64,000 bases of DNA. It comes from Octopus vulgaris (Eukaryota). Position 1 is the stretch's first letter, and the number at the start of each line of letters is the position of its first letter. Below the pieces are notes generated by a model. It ran no database searches. It saw only the letters and a list, made by a program, of their open reading frames with translations, and had not been told where the DNA came from. The translations under genes and the position numbers were made by a program. Of the stretch, positions 27,306-43,190 are shown one piece after another. The stretch spans positions 49,104,001 through 49,168,000 of the forward strand of contig OX597822.1 in the NCBI GenBank assembly GCA_951406725.2, read 5' to 3'.

Positions 27306-28307
27306 TAAATATTAAAAATTTGGTTCAGAGAAAAAATATCAAGATACGGAATGTGGAGTAACCCTCACATTAAGGCAATAAAGAAAATAGTGAAAACATA
27401 CCGAGGTTTAGCCAAATTTCATATGCCTATGGGTCATAAAGTAATCTACAGACAATGCCACATTAAATTATTTCTTTAAATAGACGGCCAGAGATAAATG
27501 ATAGGAGGAAGACAGACAGATAGATAGATAGAGAGAGAGAAATAGGGAGGAAATGTGGCGAGAGGATAGATTTGGGCTCATCAGCCAGTGTAGCGAAGGC
27601 AAATGTCTTGGAACCGTAAAGGGGTTTGCTACTCCAAGGAGTATACATGCATATGCGCATATATAGTATAATACGCACATATATACATACACACACATAA
27701 ATAGGCAAGCATATGTCTATATAGTGTATACCTTAGCTGAGCAGTTATTCTGTGCCGAGGAAGGGAGATAACTCAGAAACCGCAGATATTGCTTTGTGCT
27801 GAGTGAGGATACTGAACGCCCCTGTTAGAAAATATATGGACACAGATATTGTGTCGCATCGCCAGCTGGAGACTAATACTATTCACACTTATATGCCTTT
27901 GTGCTCATACGCACAAACGTACATACACACGCGCTCAAACACACGCACACACACGCACACATACACACATATATACATATATATATATATGCATATACAT
28001 ATACATCTACGTAAGAACTTATACACATGCGCACATTCACGAACTCATATATACATATATACACACACAATTATCAACAAATATACAAGCATTCAAATAT
28101 ATACTCATGTATAATATACCTAGGCATGTACATATATGTATACACACACGCCCACACACGTCTGTATTTATTTTTGTACAGTTACATGGATTACATGGTG
28201 ATAGCGTAATGTAGTGCAACCTTTCTTGGGATTACGCAGCAACTGCTAAGCTCTCTGGAAAATTGTTGCTTTTGTTAGAAAACTTTTTCCCTTCGTCTAA
28301 GTACATA

Positions 28308-28694
28308 TTCTTTTCTACTCTAGGCACAAGGCCCCAAATTTTGGGGGAGGGAACCAGTCGATTAGATTGACATCAGTACGTAACTGGTACTTAATTTATC
28401 GAATCTGAAAGGATGAAAGGCAAAGTCGACCTCGGCAGAATTTGAACTAAAGGTAGACGAAATACCTATTTCTTTACTACCCAAAAGGGGCTAAACACAG
28501 AGGGGACGAACAAGGACAGACAAACGGATTAAGTCGATTATATCGACCCAAGTACGTAACTGGTACTTATTTAATCTACCCCGGAAGGATGAAAGGCATA
28601 GTCGACTCGACGGAATTTGAACTCTGAACGTAGCGGCAGACGAAATACCGCTAAGCATTTCGCCCAGCGTGCTAACGTTTCTGCCAGCTCGCCA
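28308..28694 (-). mobile_element. tRNA-derived SINE with Nin/Deu-like domain (OK-like), dimeric
   Basis: Head ggcgagctggcagaaacgttagcacgc..gagttcaaattcc; domain gcctttcatcct..gataaattaagtaccag present twice, with two different tails. Confidence 0.8.
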
Positions 28695-28908
28695 CTTTCA
28701 TCTAAGTACATGTAAAAAGAAAAAGAATCTCTTATTCTACTCTTCGTAACCTTAGGGGCTGTTATAGCTGATTTTAATAGGCGGGAAATTTAGCCCGAAA
28801 TTACGGTCGAAATGTAATAAATAGACGTATAAACGCTAGGTGATTTGTAGATATAGTTCTAAGCTGTAGTGGAGAAAATAGCGAAAATGGGAACGCTGGC
28901 CGTATATA

Positions 28909-30235
28909 TTTTTTTGCAAACTTGCCGATGCAGGTGCTTCCAGTTGAAAGCTCCGCATACCGGATTCTAGCAAGTTTATGGGGTCATCAGGAGAGAATGC
29001 GTGCCGTTTCGGGGCCTACCTCTCGACAGCATCATTGCGCACCCACCTCACTGAAATGAAGCCCTGCTTGCTAGATCAACTGGTTATCAGGTTTCGCTCA
29101 ATATTCTTCAAACCATTGCTCATCGTCTCTTTTTCACCAAATCCAATGGCCTGCCTTTTCCACTGTAGTTTGGATATCACTCATGGTGGTATTTGCTTTA
29201 CAATGAGTTAGGCCTAACGATAAAGACAGACGCCTCACACTGTGTCCAACGAATACTCTACATCCGACTTCGATCAGAAAATATTCCTCTTCACATTCCT
29301 CGAGGAGGTTTTGTAACGGTCAATCCTTCGAGTCCGAGCGGCGTCCGTATTATATTCATGAGGAACCGTTAATTCAACCAGATTTACCACTTCCTTTCCC
29401 TCGCACCATACGACGACATCCGGTTTCTTCGTAACTGGAATAGGAAAGAATCCCTGGCACCCTAGTAAATCTGCAGCTCCCTCCCAATAACCGTTCAACT
29501 TTTCGTCGTTCAGAGGAAGTTACTTCTTCAATCGGATCTGCTGTCCTGAGCGCACGAAGGTAATGACATCTCTGGTCGGTTCTTTCAGTGGTTTTTGCCA
29601 CTGTTCATGAGAGCAATTTGGTTCTTTATAGTATTGAAAGTAACCTTAAGATTGTGTGCTCATGTATATCTATTCAATGCCTGTGAACAGTTGGAAAGAA
29701 TATGTTTTACTGTTTCGACTTTTCCGCATCTGCATCTATCATTTTCTGATACGTTCCATCTTAGGTTTGTAGGTGATGGCAAGACATCGTAGGAGGAACG
29801 AATCAGAAAACTGAGACGTGATATAGTCCACTTCCATATTTCATTGCAACTTATTTTTCTCTCAACAGCGTGTTTCTCTCATTTCATCATCTGTCCTTGC
29901 TAAGATCATTGAATCAAATGAAGCTCTCTTCTCTCTGTTTCCCTTGTTTTGACGCTGTGGCTAACAACAACTCTGCGTTCGCTCCTCATCATGCTTGCAA
30001 ACAGTCTGAACCGATCTGCGCCAAATTCAAGCCTCTTCCGATGAATTTGCGTTCCACCCACCATATCTCGGTGCGTAAGTGAAGATGTCATCATTCTCTG
30101 CTTCTGTTTTCCACTTCCTGGCTGTTTTTATATCTGGCGGATTACGCCTTATGTCTATATCTTTCGACTCTCTCAACATCATAAACGTTCGTACCTTCCT
30201 TACTTTATAAATTTCCCTACTGTATCTAACGTTAA
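28909..30235 (-). mobile_element. 3' part of a HERO-like RLE non-LTR retrotransposon
   Basis: Minus strand ARKWK, PSPTNL, CRCGKVETVKHILSNC (CCHC), KKPDVVVW..LVELTVPHE..RRIDRY (PD..ELT RLE); 3' UTR ending in A7 followed by tatatac. Confidence 0.8.
28981..29031 (-). ncRNA. non-circularly permuted hammerhead-like motif in the HERO 3' UTR
   Basis: UGCUGU-C-GAGAG..GAA-ACGGCA..CUCUC-CUGAUGA; stem III 6 bp (one G-U), stem I 5 bp. Confidence 0.7.
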
Positions 30236-30569
30236 TACATATCTAAGGTTAGTACCATGAACGGCAATGGTAGTAAGTGACAATATTAACTTTTACAATA
30301 AGAGGTAGTGTCTCGATAGCAGTGTTACTTACGTAAATAATAGCAATAATAGCTTGCATCAATGTCGTACTAATAATTGTAGCAATAACGATGGTGACGA
30401 TTTGTGTAATGTGAGTCGTCACAATAATAAAATAAAAAATAATATTACTAGTGATTGTAATAACATCATTATCATCAACAATAATAAGAGCAATAATGAT
30501 ATAAACAATATGTGTTTGTACAAGGCAAAGTTGTGTCGATATTGTCAATGAATGGAGTGTTAGACCGTG

Positions 30570-31223
30570 ACAACGAGAGAAACAAATGGAAACAAGACAA
30601 GTAACATAAAGAACGACCTTTCATCAGTTGTCGGATGTCTATCTACTCCTCACTTCGGGCATTCATCCTTTCTCTAATTCTTCTCTCTCATCCTTTCTCT
30701 AATTTCCGTTTTTCTCCCATTCACCATTTTCTACATCTCCCTCTCCCCCTTTCTCCTGTTCTCTCTCTCTCGTTTCTCACACGTGACCATCGTCCGTCTT
30801 TCTTTTCCTCACGTGAACATCTTTTCTTTCAGGAGTGTCCTAAGGGCTAGACGTATCCTATCTCTCTCTTGTATTTTTTCTCTTGTCAAAGAAAATATTT
30901 CTCCGGCGTTCGCTATTTTACCCTTGTTCTAGTCTAACGACCCTCTATCTTTGTTTTCGTTCGGTTTCCTTGTATGTCTCAACTGTCCTGTTTTTGTTCC
31001 CAACTTTGTCCTTCCATAAATCCCAAATTTTATTTTGGTACTTATGGGAGCAACTGTTGTCGAATACTCATATTGTTGAATGCTCGAAGTGAGGAGTAGA
31101 TAGACAGCCGACAACTGATGAAGGGTCGTTAGTTGTCCTGTTTTCCATTTGTTTCTCTCGTTGTTTGCGTATTGAACTCTGTTTTCGTATTTCATGTTGT
31201 TTATTGTTAGTGACGTCCTGTAT

Positions 31224-31225
<2 letters not shown>
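30570..31225 (+). mobile_element. non-coding fold-back element, family A, ending at (TA)n
   Basis: 30570-30665 is inverted relative to about 31077-31164; shares cccttcatcagttgt, aataaaatttgggattt, gatggtcacgtg and gtgacgtcc with 44931-45760. Confidence 0.7.
31067..31126 (+). ncRNA. non-circularly permuted hammerhead-like motif
   Basis: CUCAU-A-UUGUUG..GAA-GUGAG..CGACAA-CUGAUGA (position 15.1 is G in this copy). Confidence 0.65.
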
Positions 31226-31274
<49 letters not shown>

Positions 31275-31287
31275 TAATAGACAGACA

Positions 31288-31333
<46 letters not shown>

Positions 31334-31870
31334 CTAGCTGAATAGCCCGTCGTTGCCGGGTAACTTTTACAATAGAATGTCTTATATAAATTTTTGTCTA
31401 TTCCATGTCAGACCATATCTTCCCCGACAGATAGGCCTCTTGATCAGGAGAGATTTGTGCAATTTTTCGCAGAGAAACTTCGTTGAGGATTTTTTTTCCT
31501 CTTTAAATTATGTACGTCTGTTCGACCGTTTCACATTACTTTATTCATTAAAACTTAGTAAAACTTCGTTCTTTTAATAAAAAAAATTCCTCCATCTAAT
31601 GATTTTGCTTTCATTTCGTGATAGACAGCTATCATGCAGAAATGTCAGCTTCCAAATCTTGTTTTCTGATTAGGTAAAATTGATTAAACTTTAAACCTCT
31701 GTAACATTCTTCTGCATTTTTTCTGGAACAAATAAATAACAAAATCGGATTTAACGTGCAAAGTTATTGCAATATACCAAATTTGAAAATTTTGGCGTAA
31801 TTTTAAAATCTCACAATATTTGACACCAACGGGGAAGAACCTAAAAACGTTGACAGACAGACAGTTATAG
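31334..31870 (-). mobile_element. non-autonomous Helitron (Lep1-like)
   Basis: Minus-strand 3' end has hairpin cccggcaacgacggg, then ctattcag-CTAG-t; (GACA)n near the other end. Confidence 0.6.
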
Positions 31871-31874
31871 GGCG

Positions 31875-31939
<65 letters not shown>

Positions 31940-32093
31940 TGTATTTACAAACGTACACTCAGGTAATCACGAGTTTAAAATGTTGTATAGTAGACATGTA
32001 TGTATGTATGTATGTATGTATGTATGTATGTATGTATGTATGTATGTATGTGTATGTACGTACGTTTGTATGTAGTATGTACGTTTGTATGTA

Positions 32094-32145
<52 letters not shown>

Positions 32146-33235
32146 ATAGTTTAATTAGAGCTTGTTATTGACAATAACTCACATTAAAACAGAAGGAAAG
32201 TGTAGTGCTCGTTGTCAGCCATATTCGAAATAATATTATTATGGAGGCAACACAGGCGAAGTCTAAAAGAACATAACTGAAATACGTATCCAAAACTTAT
32301 ATAAATATATATATATATTCTCTATAAAATGAAAATAAAATTCCAAACTACACAAATGTATATAAATAGACAATACTGCCGCTGATGGTTGATCAACCTT
32401 GGTAGGTAGATGTATTTATGAACTTTGTGTCACATCCTGATGAGGGGAGTGCCTAGATCAGTAATATGAACTATGTCATATTCCATTGGCACATCTCTGA
32501 ATGTGATGTTTATATATATGTTTTTTCTTTCGCTGATTTTAATGTTTTCAATACTTAATCATTTCAAGTTAAATTTTTAGTTCATCATACAATGTACGAT
32601 TTTAAATGTAATTACAAATGATATTTTCTTAAATTCAGTCGTTTTTATTAAAATTCAATCGTATTTTATGCATTGCATTGTTATTGTCTATTTATATATA
32701 TTTGTGTATTTTGAAAATAATAATATTATTATTTCGTATATATATATATGCATGTATATGTGCGTGTGTGTATCTGTGTTTGCGACGAACAGCAGAAAAA
32801 CCATCTATCCCCTCTCTCCTTAAAGCTACGTATTCTTCACACCCACCTTACCCTTCCTTGCCGCATGTGTGTGTGTGTGTACATTTACGAAAGTACGTGT
32901 ATATGACAGTTGTATTAACGTTACCATCTCACTGCCATTCCATATTAGTCGCTAACACAACGCTCTTCTTCCCTTCCATGATATCAGTCACACTCACTCT
33001 ACCACGACATTTCTCTCACACTACTACTCTTTGTACCCTTCTCATTTTATCATATAATTCGCCCAACCCAGTAGGGGGCACATTATGAACTTTTATTGAA
33101 ATCCAAATTAGCCTATTATTGAAGTGGATGCTAGTTTAACATGTATGCAAAATTTCGTGAAGATTGGCTCGCTGCTTTTGTAAGCCAGATGGTAACAGAT
33201 AGAGGGACAAAAATTGGCATTTACATCTAAGGTAT

Positions 33236-33274
<39 letters not shown>

Positions 33275-33318
33275 CAAATACACACACACACACACACACT
33301 CACACTCACACACACACG

Positions 33319-33352
<34 letters not shown>

Positions 33353-33370
33353 CGCACAAAAATAATTCCA

Positions 33371-33744
33371 AAGCCATTTAAAAACACAAAAGCAGATAGA
33401 TTCACTTCAAAAGTAAAATTTAATTTGCCAAAATATTTTCGTCTCTTTGAGACCGTGATCTGAGGACTGACAAAATTCCGTGTCGCTACACGGAATTCGG
33501 AGATGCAGTACTGAATTTAGTCAGTGATGAGGTGGCGATCGCAAAGCGACGGAAATATTTTGGCAAATTAAATTTAAATGTCAAAAGGAATCTAACGGTT
33601 TTTGTATTTTTAAATGGCTTATAAACACCTTCCACTCTGAAATTGTTTTTGTTTCAGTAAGTACATCTCCGTAATATGTGAGTTTGTGTGCTGAAACGAA
33701 AACAATTACAGGCTGGAAGATGTTTGTAAGCCATTTAAGAACAC
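33371..33744. mobile_element. double fold-back (A-B-B'-A'-C-C'-A) Penelope-like repeat with degenerate minimal hammerheads
   Basis: Hairpin 33371-33620 centred on about 33485 and hairpin 33604-33744 centred on about 33670; gtca-GTGATGA-g-gtggc..gcgac-GGAA-atat-tt-tggc at 33520-33564. Confidence 0.65.
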
Positions 33745-34323
33745 CTCCGGGACGGCAAGGCAGGTTGTTGGTGGCCAGTCGACGTCATACCGTGTCGTTG
33801 CTGATCATTGTCCAGTGCCAATGATCACGCGAGCTGGTACGCTGACCAGTCTGAAGCTATTACGGTGGTGTTGTAGGTGGATGAAGCGGTCACCCAGGGG
33901 CGCCCTCTGCTGCTGATGTTATTGTATCGCTGTTACAGGTGATAGATGGTACTGACATTGACACTAAGTTTTCTCAACAACTAGGGCACGCTGCCCTGCT
34001 TGCAATCGGCCGATAGATTGTTCCCTCTGCGCTGCTGCATCCGAATTACGAATGCCAGGAACGTGGTTCAAGTTGATTTTTATCAACTGAAATGCATGTG
34101 CATTTCGGCTTTCATGATAACTGTTTGCGGCTGCTACACACAACATTCAACGCAACGTAGCTGCGCTTTGGCGTCTCGCTTCAGGGAAAGTTGAAAAGTT
34201 ACCTGCAATTTGGATCTAGCCATAAACCAGCATGTCTTGGAATATTTACACTTACATCCCCGAAATAAATTTTCACAATTACCATATAAAAATGACATTT
34301 GAAAAAATCGCGTTTCTTTTGCA

Positions 34324-34325
<2 letters not shown>
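33745..34325 (-). mobile_element. 5' fragment of a Tc1-like transposon
   Basis: Minus strand AAAQREQSIGRLQAGQ..VNVSTI..RGRPWVT (paired-like HTH); end tactgcaaaagaaacgc next to (TA)n. Confidence 0.6.
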
Positions 34326-34373
<48 letters not shown>

Positions 34374-34496
34374 GGGCACATATGAGTGTGTGTTATGGAC
34401 ATGTGCTCGTGTATGAGTGTATGTGTATAAGTTCGTCCGTTTATGTATGTGTACGCATGTATATGTTTATATATATATCAACACATACCTACGTAC

Positions 34497-34553
<57 letters not shown>

Positions 34554-34879
34554 TTCCACTTCTTTACAAAAGAAAGACATGACTAGTGAGTCCGCCTTTA
34601 GACTGCCAAACATACATACATGTATACATACAAGCATATGGTCATTCATTCATAAGTGCATACAAAGAAACATACATACATGCATATATACATACACACA
34701 TACACATATATACATATATGTGCTTTGTGTGTGCATGTGCATAAATATATGTATGTATATGATTACACACACATATATACACACAGAAACACACACACGC
34801 ATATTTACATACATATATACACATATCTACATACATACATGTGCATGAGCGTGCGCGCACGGAAATACATTCATATATA

Positions 34880-36102
<1,223 letters not shown>

Positions 36103-36357
36103 CACATTTACATACTTACAAGTGTGTTGATGCGAACAGTAAAAATAGAACTCTAGATATCAGTGTGTTTGTTTTTTTTCTTAATATTTAGCAGAAGTAA
36201 TTTCGCTAAATATTAAGAAAAAAATAAATACATACTCAGAGTGACTCACAGTCCTAGAGTTTCGTGCGTTGGCACTTATGAAATTAGTCACTCTGTTACT
36301 TCTGCTAAATATTAATAAAACATTTTTCGTATACTCACACACACACGCACACACACA

Positions 36358-36402
<45 letters not shown>

Positions 36403-36434
36403 ACACACACACACACACATATTTATATATATTC

Positions 36435-36651
36435 TCTTTTACTCAATTATTTGTTTCAGTCGTTTGACTGCGGCCATGCTGGAGCACCGCCTTTAGTCGA
36501 ACAAATCGACGCCAGAACTTATTCTTTGTAAGTCTAATACTTATTCTATCGGTGTCTTTTGCCGAACCGCCGAACCGCTAAATTACGTAGACGTAAACAC
36601 ACCAGCATCGGTTGTCAAGCGATGACCGGGGACAAACACAGACACACAAAC

Positions 36652-36652
<1 letters not shown>
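36435..36652 (-). mobile_element. OR-like SINE, 3' half
   Basis: Reverse complement of the SINE tail (tgtttcagtcgtttgactgcggccatgctggagcaccgcc). Confidence 0.85.
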
Positions 36653-36682
<30 letters not shown>

Positions 36683-36686
36683 CATA

Positions 36687-38649
<1,963 letters not shown>

Positions 38650-38678
38650 GTTCATACATATATACACACGCGTGCACA

Positions 38679-38998
38679 TATAATATCAATTTCTATTTAA
38701 TGAAAATGGGTTTGATAGTGGTTTAGATTAGTTAATGGCGTTTATCATTTCATAATATTTTATAACTTCTTTTGTATGAAGATTTTATTTTACAACACAT
38801 TCATATTAACACCGGTATTATATCTGAGATCTAATTTCCTTTTCATAGTAATATTGCTTTGTATTTCTAAGCATTATCAAATTTTGTGCTCAGTATAATA
38901 TCAATTTCTATTTAATGAAAATGGGTTTGATAGTGGTTTAGATTAGTTAATGGCGTTTATCATTTCATAATATTTTATAACTTCTTTTGTATGAAGAT
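38679..38998. repeat. near-perfect 105-bp direct repeat pair
   Basis: tataatatcaatttc..ttttgtatgaagat at 38679-38783 and 38894-38998. Confidence 0.9.
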
Positions 38999-39469
38999 CA
39001 TTTTCTCGTACGTAATTCTACGAATATTTTTTTCCGTAAGACTTGATATGAGCTGGCCCACTGTTTCATATTTATGCTATTCTGATACATATTTGATATC
39101 CATAATCACATCTGCAAAACGTAGTTTGATAATAACCAAGTCTTTCTCTAACACCATTATAACCTCCCCCATTTTTTTAAATGAAAAAATTCATTATTAA
39201 TATTGCTTTCTGGAAGCATTCAGAATATCATCCTTACCCCGTTTGGAATTAACATAATTTTACAACTTTTCTCACTTTTTATGAGTTTATTCAATATGTT
39301 ATATAAATTCTATCTCCCATTAAATTCACCTACTTATCTTGTCTGCTCGTATCTGTAAAGATTTGAAAAGCCGTCTCGCCACAGTAATAATAATAATATT
39401 AATAATGATGATAATGATAATAATAATAATCCTTTTTACTATAGGCACAAATAGACATATACAATCCTC

Positions 39470-39745
39470 TTAAATACACGATAGTTTGACTGTGGAAACT
39501 GAAAAGATGAAGACAACGCTAATTATTGATGGGATCTTGGGGAAAGTATCAGAAGGTATTGATAGGAATATAAAGGAAACGGAATAGAGTACCAAGTAGA
39601 GTTGCTGCAAAAAGGTTTGCGTACTTGGTATGGCCAGAATCATCAGGAAAGTATTAGATAGTGGAGGAGAACAAATTGCTTGGTACAGTAGATAGGAAGC
39701 CTGCTACATATGCAAGGCCTGAGTTGAAAGAACGACAATAATAAT
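39470..39745 (+). mobile_element. 3' fragment of another R4/Dong-like RLE family
   Basis: WKLK..LIIDGILGKV..LLQK..LGMARIIRKVLD; ends caataataatg. Confidence 0.65.
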
Positions 39746-42700
39746 GAAAAACAAAAACAACGCATTTCCTAGAATCACCTTTTGTTCCATTCCAGTAACC
39801 CTTTCCTAGGATACTCACCTCTAATTTATAAATTGAACAACATTTGATGACAATATTACTTACATATCGTTTCCGATATCAATATATTTATTTATTCATT
39901 CATTTAATATTTCTTGCTATTGCAACAGACAGGAGTGTTATTTTTGTGTGATAAAGTAAACAAATATTAGGAACTTCCCCCCATCAGGAAGAACAACAAC
40001 AACAGCAACAACAACAACAACAGTATCAACAACGACAACAATAGCTATTCTCTTAACAATAATAACAGAAGTTATACAAAGCGGAAAAAAAAATGTTTGT
40101 TCAAAGGAAAAACATAAAAACTAAAAACTTATTTCAACACAAACTTTTTTGAAAATAATGAAAACATTAATAACAAAAAAAAAAAGAAAGATACAATAAA
40201 CAGCTAATGAATTCCTCCGAGGAAAGATTGGAAGTATTTGCTAAGCAAATTTAGAATGATGGTTAGACTGATTAACCTCTCACCATTCTTATTTATTTAT
40301 TTGTTTGTCCTTGTATTTTTTCCGAATATATTTCAAAATTTATATCCAGACTGATGTTCTTCTGCAGGCGTTTCTCTGTAAGTCTTTATACGTAATATCC
40401 TGCATGTAAAGGCTTCCCAGTACACACACACTCATACACACACACACACACACGAGCGCGTACACACGCACACACGCACACATACACATATATATGTATG
40501 TATGTAAGTATATATGCATGCATGTATATCTATATATGTGTGCGTATGTATGTATGTATATGTGTATGCATATGCTATAAACTGAAATCTTCCCTGTCTG
40601 TTCTACATTTCTTTTGTAAATGTGAATCTATTAGGGAAGTTTTTAGCATTCAATAAATAAAATGTAACCCTGTATTTCGTATTTAGTTTTTTTTCTTGTC
40701 CCTTTTTCTTGTTTGTGTAGACTTTCGTACCAAAATACACACACACACACACACATATGTATGTATGGATCAGTGTGTGTGTGTGTACATGCATACATAC
40801 ATACATACATACATACATACATACATACATACATACGTATCTGAGTGTAAGTGATGCACTTTCCTTCAAACTTGCGCATTGTTGAGTTCGAAGTTAAAAT
40901 ACTTTGAGCAGTTTTGGGGATTTTGGTTACATATTCCACTTGCATTATATATATATTGCTTTCTGTCTTTCAGTCGTTTGCAACACATTCTTATTTTTAT
41001 CGAAGGATGTTGTTTCTGAAATAGAAATAAAAAGTCAATATTAAGCAAGATAAACACTCATTTATATTTTTATACAGACAATATATACGTCGTTGGACTC
41101 TTCTCTTCACAGACACATATACACACGTATTACACGCACATACATAAATACGTACATGCATACAAATGCTGCAGAAAGCAATTTATATAAACTTAGTAGA
41201 ACTACATTCTCGTTGACTGGGCATTAAATTATTATAAAATATCTTACAGTTCAGTAGCAAATGCAAGCAGAACGGCAAGACATTCAGTCTGCTACCATCT
41301 TACCTGTTTTTTTTAATTCATATTTACAAGTATGTTTTCCCAATGTGCATATCCTTCTTTCAAGAGCATACAGTGTGAATTAGTTAGCAAAGTGTGGTGG
41401 GGCGTGCATTAAAAGTGAAAATGTCTAAATTTAATATATATCTTCTCTCAGACACATGAATCCTATCTTCCTGCCTCTGTGCTAATTGGTTTTGTAAACT
41501 TGAAAGAAGCAACTGGAGAAGATATGCTCCCGAAACTTTTGTATACCTGACCCGCACTCCGACAGATAGACACGCTCTGATATCCTGCAACAAATTCAAC
41601 TCGTGGATTAAATGATAATCTTCAATGGTTGAGGGCTAGGCTATCAAATCTATGCTATAAAAACAACCAAGCCCATTAAAGAATCAACTATAAGTACCTA
41701 TTCTTTTGAAGGAGAACAGAAGACATTCATTGCCCTGTGTCCCAATGGAGAGAAGCAAACTTAAATTTGTGCTTTACTGAAGGAGAAGCAAATCCAGGTT
41801 TATACTGTTACGGAAGGAAGAAGAAAAATGTGTGAATTGTTGGAAATTGGCTGCTATTTCTAGCATATCGAGCAACCACGTAAATACTCCTTGTTTGGTG
41901 CATGAATATGTTGCTGTTGTTTTAAAGCCTCGACTGGACCTGTTGATCACTCACGATCATCCTGTCTTTCATTTACAGTGTTGGAACAGTACAATTACAT
42001 AATCTTTCTCTTGTAGAGTTGGATTTGAGGGAAATTTTATTGGTATATCAAGAGGTCTATCTTGTATTTCTTCTCTTTCTCTTTTTATTCAGTATATATA
42101 CAATTACTTTAGCCAATGCAACCTTTTCTTTTTGTGGGAGATTTTGCTTCTATTTTTAGGTGGTAAAGTAACCACGTAGAGGCATCCTATTTGATTCAAA
42201 TATGAGTTTTGTAGTTTTTCAGTGATGTATTAAGAGAACTATTTTCCATGTCACACCCTTAAAAGAACTATCTTCTACGCTACACCCTTAATAGAACTGA
42301 TTTCTATTTCTATGTTCCACCCCTAATAGACATGTTCAGGATCACACACACACACGCAAACACACACGTACACAATACACACACACACGCAAACACACAC
42401 AAACACACACATATTTTCACACAAACATGAAAATGGAGGTTTTTCACTTGCTCGGGCAAGGAAGATAGATGTCAAGCCAAGAAGAGAGCCTTTATCAGTC
42501 GCTCAGTTTGCCACATTAAATCCTGTCATAAACAAAGTAAGACACCTGGAGCAGAGTGTATTTGGATATACAAAAGAAGCTTATCTGCAGCCGCAACAAC
42601 CATCGCAGCAGCAGCAACAGCAGCAGCAGCACTGTCTCAGATGTGGAAATAGTTATTGAGGGATTAACTATTTAACTATTTCATAACTCTGGAGAAAGGC

Positions 42701-43064
42701 TCGTCTTTATGATGTAGTTTTTCTTATGTTGATGGTGACACGTTGCATCTATAGTACTATTGAGAGTTCTTCTTGGGTGTTGTTCACATGCAGGAGCTAG
42801 CGGGATGATAGTTTCGTGATATGTGTAGTGATTTCTGTGTTTGTGCTGTTGAAAGAGACATTTCGAAAGCAACAACATTGACCAGACTCCATTCGATGAC
42901 AGAAATATATTTCTAATTAAGAAACGACGTTATCGATGCTTTTTACTAGTTATTTACAGAAGCGGGAGCAGCAACCTTGATTATTTTTCATTGCCTCTTA
43001 CTTTTTACGAAGCTTCATCAAATCCGCTAGTCCATCACGCTGGACTAGCATTTTATAATATTGA

Positions 43065-43190
43065 TCTAGACATGGTGAAACACAAAGTCGACCTTGGCTC
43101 GATTTGAACTTAGGGCGTAGGGCGTAGAGAGCTGAAACAGACAGCATAAAATATTTGGCCCTACAACCTAATGATTCTGAAATTCGCTAC
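43065..43190 (-). mobile_element. highly diverged OK-like SINE fragment
   Basis: caaagtcgaccttggctcgatttgaact matches the family at 28308-28694. Confidence 0.45.

Noticed and set aside
27575-27640. CUGAUGAG on the minus strand; other isolated cores at about 8620, 43237 and 58642
   Set aside because: No matching GAAA/UH with pairing stems in either topology
33745-33960. Initially read as an RTE 3' end
   Set aside because: The minus-strand translation continues the Tc1 N-terminal HTH
40352-40384. Possible 10-nt plus-strand micro-exon (ctgcAG gcgtttctct GTAAGT)
   Set aside because: Not frame-preserving, no supporting neighbours, and expected by chance
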